Source: Camelus dromedarius (taxonomy: Eukaryota). Taken from it: a stretch of DNA of 64,000 bases. The stretch covers positions 105,216,001 to 105,280,000 of the forward strand of contig NC_087436.1 in assembly GCF_036321535.1 (NCBI RefSeq), given 5' to 3'. The notes beneath the pieces were generated by a model. That model searched no databases, had not been told where the DNA came from, and saw nothing but the letters and a program-made list of their open reading frames with translations. Numbering within the stretch: position 1 is the first letter of the stretch; each line of letters starts with the position of its first letter. The translations under genes were made by a program, and so were the position numbers. Below, one piece after another: positions 1 through 13,100 of this stretch.

Positions 1-1016
1 AGAGAAATAGGGAGATGAGCTGTTTGTCCAAACTACTCCCTTCAGCACCATGATCCTGGACCACCCAGGGACCGGTGATTAACACCAGTGCTCCGTGGAC
101 ATCTGATTCACTTCTCACCAGTAACAGGAGAACTGAGAACCAGGCACATGCGCCCCATTTAATTTAATCACAAAACAAACCCAAGTGTGAATATTATTGT
201 CACCATTATAATAATGAAGAGTTAGGGGCTTCTAGAGAGTGAATGACCTGGCCAAGGACATACAACCAGGAAGTGTGAAAATCAGAGTGAAGAGTCCCAG
301 TCACCAAAGTATCCTGCCTCCTGCTACCACTTTTACAAAGAGAGAAATGCACTGCCTAGCTTAAAAGACACTGAGATGTCAGAGCAGGTCATAATTCCAA
401 ACACCTCAGTCATTCAACAAACATTTAGGTGATTCTATACCATCAAAGGACAACTGCAAAAAGTATTTGAAAAATAAATATTTAATAATAATATAACCAT
501 AATCATAATCTTTATATCTTTAGACTGCCTTTGTCAAAATTCTTTCCATCATCTTCAGATTCTGGCTAAAAAATTATATATTATATTTCTCTTTACAAGT
601 GGGGCTTAAGCTATTTTACAATATTTTAATATTTAATTTAAAATATCTAACTTAACCTACTCCTCTGTTCAATACAAACAAAGCTTTAGGTTTTCATCTT
701 CATTTTCTTCTTTCTGCAAAAGAATATTCTATGCCCATTCTTCATATAAAAGAGGCTAAAACAATACAACTGGAAGAGATTTAAGAAGAAGAAAAGCAGA
801 GAGAGCTAGTAAACCAGCTAAGGATGGAACAAGTCCCCAGGTCTCCCGAGGGGCTGCTGGGGGGTCTATAAACCAGCAAATACCACTTGCCTGTTCTCAA
901 GCTTAGAAAGGTGCATACCTTTGAAAGCTACAGAATTTAAGTCCGGCGTGGCACTTTCAGAAAATGGCATCAAAGGTTGGACTGTAAATCTTTCTTATTC
1001 TCAAGTCACTGGACAT

Positions 1017-1152
1017 TTAAGAGCAAAGATATTGATGGGCTCTTTCTCTCCTTTTCTTCCTCCTTGTAACAGATATATGATTCATGGACTGTCCTTTAGT
1101 GGTCTCCATTTTCATCTTATTGCTTTTTCTTTGCTTCTGCTTTCTGACAGCT
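1017..1152 (-). CDS. ZCCHC4: ZCCHC4 last coding exon (basic tail AVRKQKQRK...[15 protein letters not shown])
   Basis: ttttcag|A acceptor; TAA at 1017-1019; 136 nt. Confidence 0.95.
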
Positions 1153-4100
1153 CTGAAAAACAAGGTGCTAAATTATTTTGTAGAATGAGCACAGTGAATT
1201 ATGTAATTATGTTGAAGTTTAATTAACTAGCTAACCAAATTAAAAAAAAAAAACAGAAGGGAAAGAATGTACTGTATTATACGCATAAATCCTCAGAATC
1301 CTAACCATAATAACAAGGAGATAGAGACCTGACCAAGCAAAATGTTTGGGAAAAGAAATTCCTTTGACAGATGGCTACTACAGATTTAGAATAATCTATT
1401 CAGGACAAATACACCACAGAGGTAAATAGTCAAGTCAATGAGTTGGGAGGTTTTCTGTTGTTGATAGTTTTTTGGGTTTGTTTTTGTTTGTTTGTTTGTT
1501 TGTTTGTTTGTTTTGGTACATCTGTAATGCTCAACTCAGCAGCACTTCAATCTCCAAATCCCTGAATTACATTTTTCAGAAAAAAGACCGATACACTGGC
1601 AGTTAGCAGTGGTAGAAAAATGCAATAACACAATGGGAAAGACTGACGACGCTTAAAGAGGCCCGTCTTACAGTCCTAAAACTAATTTTCCCTTCCTCAG
1701 GAGATCTAAGTCCTGACAGGTGCCATAGAGAATGTCCATGTTTTGTGGTCTCTGTCTTCTTGAAGACTAGCTTCAACATGAAAAAGCTGGAACTCACTCT
1801 CTAAAAAACACTAAACCACACCAGGAAAAAAAAACAGATCCTCTGCTGCTGGTGCTCACTGAACTTACAGGCAATCTGCAGCTGAGAAAGATCACTGGTC
1901 TGTTGACTCACTTTCTCCAAGCTAGCAGAATCATGCCAGGTACCATACCATGAACAAAGGGATGGGCCGGGCTGCCGGCACGGCAAACCTGGACACCTGC
2001 CATGGCTGCCCAGCCACATCAACCATTAGATTCACTTCTCCTAAACTACCACAGGTCCTCAGGAAAAACTTCTTGATCTTCCCAGGACCAAAAGCCGGGA
2101 AAGAAGCATCATAACCAAGATATAATCTCCTAGTGGACCAAACGCAGGCCTCACTTTCTGTTCACTCAGCATCTATGTTGAGTGTTGGGAATGCAAAAAT
2201 GAATGGGTACAATCTTCAACTTCAGGGAGCTGGAAAAGCAGATGTCACCCTTCCCTTTCTTTCCCCCAAGTTTTCTTTAGGTTAAGAAACTGAGGCTATG
2301 AAATCATCCAGTGAGGAAGCAGCAGAACCAGCTTGATTCAGGGACTTGTGCTCTAATTCCCTCGATACTACGTACTCTACTATGAATTATTCACGTATGT
2401 ACAATGCTAAGCATGTAGTAATCATTAAATAACTATTAGCTATTATTAGCAGCTACACATGACTAGTATTCAGAATTTTGCCTGACAACTTTATACTTTT
2501 CCATATTTAAGGTTCTGCACTATGGTCTGGGGCATCCCATCAGTTCAAAATAAAACAAATAAAACAGTCACCTTTATAATGTTTTGCGCATGTTATTTAA
2601 ATCTCCTTTCCCTCCAGCCATTTTTTAAAAGCAGGAGAATATCCTGGTTAGTGATTATTTAGCAAATTTAATTAAGTATAATCTCTTAATGGCTAAAGTC
2701 CTTCAACAGTGATAAACTGAGTAAATCAATTGTTTTATTTTGCCTTAAAATTAAACTGACCTAGTATTTGTCCTCTAAAGGATATGTATTTGTATAACCG
2801 ATAAAATGAGCTCTAGCCACAAGAGGGAGCCAGCATCATTCCAGTTCACAACCAAAAGAAAATTAATACCAAAGAAAAACAAATTATCGTAAGACTATAA
2901 AACACTTAAGATGAAAAGCTCTTTTACACCGTATATGCTAAAAAAAAAAGCTATTAAAATTATTTTTTACTATTATAAAGAAAAAATTTTACCTTGTCCA
3001 TTTCATTAAAAAATTTTTTTGAAAACAACACCTAATGATAACTGTTAACAGAAGTTTAGGCGTCTTCTCTGAGAGAAGAAAGTAATGCTATTTAAGAATT
3101 ATCAGGTATACCACATCCGAAGGGGTTTGCTCTTTGAATTAAACTTGAAAAAAATCTAAAAGATACTAGCTGACTTCCCTCAATGAAAACAATGTATTAC
3201 TAACAAATAGACTAGCCAGGGCTATTTAACAACCAATGAAGAGCCTACAATATATTACCAAAATGCAAATTCAGTTTCCATGTGTCACAAGATCACAGAA
3301 TCAAAGACTAAGCATGTTACTAATTCCTTTTTGCAACCAGAATTACACTGTAAATAGTGCAACAAACCCAGTCCAACACTTTATTGGGTTGTATTCTATT
3401 CCTGAAGATTCATAAGGAAAAATATTTTCTGAGCCTTTAATATACCTCTTTAATTAATTTTTTAAAATTCCACTTCTGCCCTGGATTACTTGGTGGAAAT
3501 AATTATTTAAAGTAAATCTGATAAAAAGTAATGGAAAAGGCAGTTTTAAATAGTAGGCAGGATTCAAATGGCTGGGCTTTAATGGAAAAAATAATTTCCA
3601 CTGACCAAAAAAACCAAAAATAAACAAATAAATGGAAAAGAATCCTAACACAATCATAAGTATTTACTAAAGCATCAGACACTCCTAACACTAACAGATG
3701 TTTTTTCTTCATCACAAGTCATATGATAGCTCAAAACTTACATCCTGATCTCAATTTTCATACAATGTTAAACCTGGATACCTGGTTTTCACATGAGTAA
3801 AACAAGAGGACACAGTACCTATCATCCCATTAATTTAAAAGGTAAAAGTGCAATCATTCAAGTTAGCCCAGTTGAAAACAGCAGTGGTTTTTCTAAGTAT
3901 GCTGTTGTCATTGGTATAACTTTGCTTCGAATTATACAACTGTATTATATAAATCATATTATATAGGAAGTTAGACACTTTCTACCTTGTATTTTGGTTA
4001 TCTTCATGTCCTCTCTGTAAAATTTTAAGGTCTTTGACTCATCTTCATATCCTCCCTCCCCCATCTATGCAAATAATACATAATAGGGAAAGCACCAATT

Positions 4101-7100
4101 AATTTAGCACTCCCGAATCCTCCAATTATTGCATACTTCTTTGGATTGCTCTGTACAAATACACAAGGAAAATGTTTCTTCTAATAAACAAAAAAATTCA
4201 ACTAACTTGTCCGCTTTCTTAGATGTAGAGATGTTAGGACAAGTACTACGTTTATGATCTAATTCACCACAAATAAAGCAGCCATCTTTAGGACCTTCGC
4301 AAGAATGATCTGGAAGAGCACAGTGATTGCAAACGTCACAGTGGATCCAAGCTGTAAAATAAAAATTAGGTTTTAGAAGAGGTTCATTTAATATAATTTT
4401 TCATTTGATTAACCTTTATGATAAGGAAGCATGAATAATGTTTACCTCAAATACTGTGACAGCTTTGCACAGCTAGTTATAATTTGGCCAAAGAGGCCAA
4501 TGTTATAAGGTTGGAATCCCATGTAAACCAGCTAACTTCTTTCTGATTCATGAACAAATTCAGCCCTTCCTCAGTGAGTCCTGAGCTTAGAGCCACCAAA
4601 ACAATGGGGACCAGCTGAATGATACAAAACCCTGTTAAAATAAACCAAACCAAATGCCACATTGCAACAGGGTAGCAGTCATGTCTCTCACATACGTTTT
4701 GGTAATTGTAAAAATTAAAAAGCTAGTTAATTAATGCAAGTCTCTATATTAATTTTTTCTTTCATAAATATAGTTACATAAAAATCCTGTTTAGCTGAAG
4801 AAAAACAAATGTTTCCGTAAGATCTCAAACACTAAAGCTTAAATACTTACAAGGCTTCACACACTTTTTGCAGAGAAAGCAATGGTTCCATTTCCTGCCA
4901 TCCTACAAAAACAATTTTTAAAGTATGTTTAATTTGTCATTAAAAATCAAGTTCCACAATTAAAAATTAAAATGTCTTATTAAAAATCTGTGTAAATTAT
5001 TCATTCCTTATTTCTCACTTTCCTGGGCTTTACAATTAAATACTTTGATTTTAATTTATGCATTTCTCCACTCAACCCAAATCTCTTCTTGATGGGCCCC
5101 AATTTCCTTAATGCTAAAACTGGGGGATTTAGCTAAATGATCTTTAAAGTCCACTCCAGATCAAGGAACACAATTTGCATAAAGGAGGAAAAATTTCAAG
5201 AGAATTAATGATTCATAATTTGTATGTGTCTATCTGGCATAATCCTTTGTAACACTCATACTTGAGAACTTATTGTAATTTAGAAGGATAGAGATTACAG
5301 GTTACTATTTGGGTAACTTTAAAACTGTGAAATAAAACATACTTAGAGAAGTGCATGAAACAGATATATTCAAGGGATAGACAGGATTTCAAAATTGTAG
5401 AATAGATAAACAAGATTATACTGTATAGCACAGGGAAATACACATAAGATCTTATGGTAGCTCATAGAGAAAAAAATGTATACTGAAAAATCGTGCTCTA
5501 CACTGAAATTTGACACAACATTGTAAAATGATTATAAATCAATAAAAATGCTTAAAAAAAAGATATATTCAGTTTAATGAGTATTATAAAGTGAACATGG
5601 ATGAACCCAATAGGTCAAGAGACAGATTACCATCAGCCCCTAGACATTTCCCCACACGCCCCTTCCCAGTCCAGCGTTCCTCCTTCCTTACTGAGAAACA
5701 CCGATCCTGGTTTGTGTGATGGTCACTTCCTTGCTTTTGTTTATTTTTACCACTTATGTGTGCATCTCTAAATAATAAAACTGTTTTCCTCATTTGAACT
5801 TTGTAAAATCTGGGCATAATTTTTTTTAAATGAAGAATAACAGATTAATTTCTAAACCAATTGGAAATAAATATAATCAGATGTGTTACAATAGTTAAAA
5901 ACCAGTATAACCAGTAATGAAATTATAAAGTTATGAAAAATGTACTTTCCAATAGGTATAAAAATACAGCCTTTTCTTTGGAGAATATTATGTGCTTATT
6001 AGTCAACTAAACTTCACATGTTCTTTCTGACTAGACTTAGTTAAAATAACAGAGTAACCTGAGGGTGATTCCACCTTCCTAAAAAATGACTAGGAAGTGT
6101 GTCCCCTGTGGTCCTTCCTCATCTGTAAAAAGCCCTACCTACCAGGGCTGTGTGAGTAAATAAGTTAGTCCATGAACAGCTCTGAGGATAGGGCTTGGCA
6201 CATAAAAAGTGCACGGAGCATGTTATTAATTATTACTTCATCAGAACAGTGATGGTATCAAATAGTTCAATGCCTTATTTGAAAACATCTTAATTTTGCC
6301 CTGAACAGTATTTAGCCCTCATTTAGTGCCTTATTTGAAACACTAATAATTTTAGCAGTCATACAGTACCGTATAAAAATAACTCAAATAATTGTTAATG
6401 ATGAAGGCAACTATGTATTTTTAAAAGCTTGCTGTGCTTTATAATTAGAGAAAAAATATTGTTTTAAAGGATAATTAATAAACAATAATACATTAACACA
6501 AGTTATAATGTTAACAAAACAATAGGAAACAAATGCAATGAAACTAGTAAACTAAAATAAAACTGATATATTTGAGTAAAACTAATATATTTGAGTTAAT
6601 TCTAAAGAAAACTATACCTTGGATGTGCAAGAATTACAGTGTTCACAGTGCTGATTCTCTCGAGAAACGTATCGCTGACAGAGAGAGCAAAATCTAAGGA
6701 GAAAGTAAAGATGTGGAGAAATCAGCTGCATGTACTTATTGAGATTCACACAGTAGATAAAAGTTCACAAGGGATTTGTTAGAAAAATTGGGTGTAATTC
6801 AAATTAAATTCAATATAACATTATAGGCCAAATTTAAAAGTAACAGAAGAATTAAATGAGTCAATATTAAAAGCATTTTGGGGTTAGATATATGGAACTT
6901 TATTTTCAGGGACTTATGTATTTCAAGGTCCCACTGTGATCTTACCTGTACCCTTCCTCAATAGGAAGGATTATTTTGTTGGGTGGAATATTGGTGAAAA
7001 TACGCACAGGAGACTGTTTCCGTCCTGTCTTTCCATGTTTATAAAGTGCATGATTATCATAATCTACCTAGAAAGTTAAAAAAAATTTAAAAAGAAACAT

Positions 7101-10100
7101 TTCTCAAAAGAGTCAACATTTGTTCAGACTCTTTAGCCAATAAATGAACAAAGTGATGCCAAGAAACAAATCAAATCAAAGTATTGAATAAGAAATTCTT
7201 AAAAGCAAGAGTTTATAGTCAGCCTTGGAGAGGCCTCTGTGGGCAGCCAAATTTCATTATAAAAAAGGTAAAATTTGTTATGACAAATTCATGCTACCCC
7301 TAGGTAAGAGAACAACTCTAATCTTTTATCCAACGCAATAGACTCTGCAATAAAGGCTATTATGTAATTAAGATTTTAGCTATCGGTGTTTAAAAAAACT
7401 CCACCTTTGAAGATCTGTGACAACTTGGTTAGGGCTTCTCATTTTTGTGTGTGTGAAATTCACTGCATGTCAGTTTTCTGCTCCCCAAGGCTCAGTGCAG
7501 CCTCAGTTTGGCCCTCCAACATTACTCTCCAACAGAGCCAGATTTGGGGGCCAGGCAGGGGCTCTCTGTCACTCACTTGTTATGTGACCTCAGGCAAGTT
7601 TGCATCATTTTCACCTGGAAAAAAGAGGTTACTGATACTTACCTTAGAGCTGCTGTGAAAGTTACATGAGACAACGTATGTAAAGCCCAGAGTTCAGGGC
7701 CCAGCACATCGTAGAGATGGAAGGATGGAGATGCAGAGGGAGACTCGTAACCTATAGCTGTTCTCCCCACCATGACTATTTCAAATGTTTACCTCTCTCC
7801 TCAAGACCCCTAACTCAACTTTCCATTTCAGCAGATTATCTGGAAAGTAAAATGAAGCCAACAAGCATGATTTCTACTAGCTTCTTGCTCCCGTCTCCTT
7901 TCCCACCCTATCATCTACACACAGTCTCAATCTGGTTTTCAACCTGCTATGAACCCATCTGGCCACTAAGTCCGTCTTCCTTCAGATCACTAATTCTCAC
8001 AGTGTGGTGCCTGAATCAGCAACACCAGCATTACCTGGGATCTTGTTGGAAATGCAAATTCTTGCCCCACCTAGGGCCTAAGAACACAGAAACTCTGGGG
8101 GCGGGGCCCAGCAACCTGTATTTTTAACAAGCCCTCCTGGCACACTAAAGTTTGAGCACCACTGATTTAATTACACACAGGACTATCATGAGATTTTTAT
8201 AAGGTTAATACAGATAGATCCCAACTTTCCAGTAAGTTGTTATGAATTGTTTGGATTCTAAATCAGATTACTCTTAAGAATTTACAACAGAACTGGCTTG
8301 CAAGCTAGCTATTTCATGAGAGAACTACAAAAATGTAAGGATTTGGTGGCAATGGAAAGAGAGGACTTGAATGGGAGATTCCGAAGCTCTCCCAATGGCC
8401 ATGCCAATGCCTGCTAGATTTACAGGTGAACAAATTTAGGAAGACTCATTAATAAGCTTCAGCAGTGGGGAAAAAACTCCGAGGATGTTCTGCACAATGA
8501 ACACGCACAGGTCGGCATGGTGAGTCCGCAGTCTAGCATAGCGATGTAACAGCTCAGTGCTTACACAGAAGTGTAGCATCAGAACGCGGAGAGGAGAGGA
8601 GGTTAGAGCACATCCGAAGCCTTGCATTCAGTTGCTACATTTTAAGAGAATCATTAATAAAACCAGTTCATTTCTATTGAAAGTAATGGGAATAAAAAGG
8701 ATTGATAGTTTAACAGATTGGGAGTGTTTATTCAGAAAAGAGAAGACAGGGAGGATCTGATGGCTATTTGATAACAGAAAGCGTGTCACGTGGAATAGAA
8801 ATTAGACTTACTCTTTTATTGCTTCGGAAAATAGAAGTAGGTCCAATGGTTAGAAGTTAATAGGGAGCATATTTTATCTCCATATGAGAAAATTTTCTAA
8901 CGATTAGAGCTATTAAATAAATTGAGTTGCCTTGTAAGGCTGTAGGACTTTGCTCACTGAAAGCATTCAAGTGAGGCTGGGTGACTGCTTGTCATGAATT
9001 TAGTGGAGAGGATTATTACACTGGGAAGTTAGCCTACGTTACCTCTATGCTTCTTTCCAAATTTAAAATTCTATGAATATATGTTACCTATTACAGGCTA
9101 AGATACAAAAGTAGATTTTACTACAAAATCACCTTTAAAATAGTGCCTTAAGTAGTTTTCTTTTAAAATGACAAATTCATAATTTTCCCTAATGCACCCC
9201 CTCTATGTACTCAGTAAATATATAGCACCTTATTAAATTTAACAAAGATATTTTGAACATTTATGAGTGTCATAAGAAAAAAATTCTTCCCGAGAGAATC
9301 TTATAAAGATTTTCAAATGCTGGAAAAGAGTATCTTAGAAAGATTTTTAGTAAATGGAATATTCCATGCAATATAATAGATAGCAGATGGAAGAGAGGGG
9401 GAAAAAAAAGAACAGTTTCTTTATGGTTACCCAAGGAGTCAGAGAATGCATGTGTCAGGAAGGTGGTTGATTACTTGATTTTGCATAACCTAATTGAGAT
9501 TATTATTATTTTTAAATGTGGGTTTGTTGTGCTAATTAACTATAAACATATGGTATGTAAAATGCATGCTGCTAGGGTAAATTAATGTACCTCTAACATG
9601 CATCCATATTTCATAGCTTCATCCACACAAATAAACCTCCTATGGAAGTGCTGTAAAGCAAACACAATTTTGCAAATTGCATATCACTAGTGGTAGAGCT
9701 GATACACCATTTTCCCATCATTATCCCTGACATTTCACTCACGATGATGATGAGAAGCATTTTCAAATAGAAAATTTCTCCCATGGAACTGATTAATGTG
9801 ATGAAGTACTGTATAGAAATGAGGGAAAGCACAAAATCTCTGCAATTCCTAACTTTTAATTTTATCTATACGCAAATTACTTCTGCAACACGAGACTGAA
9901 ACTAGTTATATGGAAACCAAGACATTCAAGCCAACAAACATTTATTCTGCGCCTACTATGCTCCAGGTATCATGCTGGGAAGCAAAGATTAAATAAAAGA
10001 GAGTACATACTTGTATTTTCATAACTACCTACATTGTATTCTGTTTAATTTCAGTATATTCAAAAGATCCCAAGTGAACTTTTCAGCTCCATCGACCAAC

Positions 10101-13100
10101 TTCTACCATAGCAATAAGGTCTTTTAGTCACATTCCCCATATCCCATGTAACCTCTTATTTTAAATATCATATATGCATATACACACACATACATAAATG
10201 TGTGTGTTATTCCTCTTGTTACTTCAAATCATTGTTTTATGTTTATTAAATGTTTATTATACACTGAGTTTTGAGAATTTCACTTGTCATCTTATAATTT
10301 ACGATCATTTCTCAGAAATTCTTGTCAAAATATCTTCATTTCTGAAAATGAAACCAGCCTCAAAAATGTTTTCTAAACAGGATGATTTGTTAAAAGATAG
10401 ATTTAAAAAAAAAAAAAAAGCAAAGACCTCTAGTTTTAACAATCCAGATAAATGGCCCAGATTAAGTAGAAACAAGAGATCATAGTGTGTTCAAGGTGGA
10501 AGAGAAATGATGAGCTAGTTCAGATATGGTAAATACAGGACCTGAATGCCACCATTCCCTGACCCTGACCCTGACCCTCTGGCAGACATCACTAACCAAT
10601 CACACTACTCTCTGCCACTGAACCTGGGGTTCTCAACAAATTCTCCAGAAAGTCATTACCAATTTATCAGGCTTAGCTGTAAAAGTGAAACTTATCTGCC
10701 ATCCCTTTTCTGGTTCAATCATTTTATTTTATAGGTAAGGAAACAGAGACCTAGAAAGATAAAGTGACTTCCCTCAAGATTAAATAGCTTCTAAAAGGCA
10801 GTGTCAGGACTCAAACTTCTTCTGATTCTAAATCAGAATTTCTTTTCATTATCACACCCTTCCTTTCTAATCCACCCTTAATAAAACTCTTGGTTTTCTA
10901 GCACTTTGATAACTATTTTATTCTGTACTTATCAAGTACTTTATCACTGAAGAGTCTACAGGATTTGTATTTTATGAAGATTTGTAGTATCTCTGCCTTC
11001 CTCTTACCTGAAAAGTATTTCCCAAAAGAGATTTAGTGACTTTGGCTTTTTTTTTTTCACTGTATTGTGGCATGGGGGCTTATAATCATCTCAGGCAATG
11101 TCAGAAAGAAGGCCTAACTGAGGTCTGGGGAAAAAGATCAGTGCAGGAGGAGAGGAGACTGTCACTTTTTTTATTTGATGAAAGGAAATAAATATAAAAG
11201 GAAAAAAATTACCACAAAATGAAGTTAAAGTAACAAAAGAAAGAAAAGAATGCAAAAGGCTCAGAAAAGATAATAGTAATGAGTCCAGAGAAATTTTCAA
11301 AAAAAAAATAGTAGAAAAGTCATCAAAGGGGAGGCACAAATAAGGTTCATATATATCCTAGGAGACACAGCAAAATCCGTTTCTCCAACTGAGCACAAAA
11401 TGGGCCGTAGTGTCCTTCTCTTTAGTAGGAATCTTGAAAAACAAAGATTTGTTTTGTTTTATAGGTTTTATTCTAATTTTTCTTTTCAAAGTTTGGCTTT
11501 CTCTGTATTGAAAAGGCTGCTGTTTTCATCCTGATACACATGGCCTAATTAGAATCTTTTTCACCAATGCACTGAATTATATAATTATTTTCAATAAGCT
11601 TGGACCTTGGAACTAGTCTCAAAACTAAAACTCCAATATTTCCAAAAGTTCTTTCCTAGTAACACAGGTTGCCTTAGCAAACGGTAATAGGTTACTCCAC
11701 GTTAATCTCCCTCATCTGCTTTATTCTGGATCTGCTTCTTTTGCCTCCTCGTCATTTCAAACTCTTGACCACAGTGAAAACTCACCTCTAAATGTGGATG
11801 AAACAGTCTTCTGAGGGACAGACAGTGTGTTTCCTAATTTTAGTGTCCCAGATACTGTACAAAAAGGGTTTTACCCCTACTCTGGGACCAACTGAATGGT
11901 AACAAAAATGTTACAAAAGAGGAAGCAGTGCCCACTTGGTGACCCCACGTGGTGATGGTGAGAACAGGGTTAACCTCAGAACCTGGGGAAATGAATCCAG
12001 GAGAGTGGACATTAAGCAGGAGAGGAGCTGAACGGCAGGAATGTGAAGGAGGAGGTCTAGTCGGTCTGCCGCCAGTCAGCACACGCACACTCACAGACAG
12101 ATCTCAGCATCTCTGCTTCCCTGACACCCCACGACTGTGGGCACACTCGTCCTTAGAGCTCCGTGCATCCTCTGAGCAGCAGAGTAAAGCGTACATGACA
12201 TTCTACCCACCAGAAAAAGCGACTTACTTCTCTACAGCGTCCGAACAGAGAAGACCCACACCCCTAACGATGCTCCTGGGACACCACAACTTTCCAGTGA
12301 TGGTAAGAGATCAAGTCATTTGGTCTAAAACCTGCTGCACTTCACAACCACCTGGAATGCTTGGTAAAATATTTTCTTCTTGGGGCGTTATCCCCTGATT
12401 TGATTTAGCAGGTTTATTTTGCCTAAGAATCTATATTTTTAATAAGCACCTTAGGGATTATGGACATTTTAGGAACCACTGCACTAAGTTCCATGTGATA
12501 CAGTTTTAGAGTTTCATACAGCTTATAGTGTTTGCATTTACTAAAATTGATGGATATCTTATCAGAGTATTTATTTAAGCAGAGTATCCATTCCCAACCG
12601 TGCCAGAAAACAGAATATTTACTATACCTGGTAATCCAGCATGCAGAAGCTTGGGAAAAACTGACAAATTCGGGATTCAAAAAAATAGGGGAAAATCCAG
12701 AATATAGGTAGTTCTTTGCGATTGTTTTCTAATGGATCACAAAAAAAGAGAAAAGAAAATAAAAGACTATTATTAGAGAAAAAATAAATTAGATAGCTAT
12801 AACTGAAAAACATCTGGTATTGGGAGAAATTATAACCTTTCAATACATTTAAATCATACAAAGGAGAGACTATTAACCAGAATGCCATTTACAACTTGAC
12901 CTCTGCCAAAAGTCAATGGAAATGTTCTTTTATACCTAAACACAGCAACACAGGGTATATAGAAGTGATCTTTACATGCATATCACTATAGTCTAGGTAA
13001 AGGCAAAAGATATTAGGGGGAGGGTATAGCTCAGTGGTAGAGCACATGCTTAGCATGTACAAGGTCCTGGGTTCAATCCCCAGTACCTCCATTAAATAAA

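Noticed and set aside
41..65. REST/RE1 left half-site TTCAGCACC
   Set aside because: No matching GGACAG right half at canonical or accepted extended spacing
921..1226. 101-aa + strand ORF
   Set aside because: Antisense shadow of the last ZCCHC4 coding exon, with a non-ATG start
6558..6597. Short tandem duplications (also near 10557, 21523, 42601 and 59382)
   Set aside because: Ordinary replication-slippage products with two or three units and no spacer array, so not CRISPR-like
8372..8394. Hairpin TGGGAGA-N9-TCTCCCA
   Set aside because: A 7-bp stem is expected by chance in 64 kb
9740..9812. C/D-box-like words (ATGATGA...CTGA)
   Set aside because: On the strand opposite the host gene, with no terminal stem or rRNA complementarity evident
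11949..12398. 149-aa + strand ORF in intron 8
   Set aside because: GTG start, no recognisable protein similarity and no supporting splice structure
13016..13091. tRNA-Ala-like gene (also at 18640, 46500 and 59190)
   Set aside because: Followed by a SINE body and A tail, mostly flanked by TSDs, with several diverged copies: these are SINE heads, not tRNA genes
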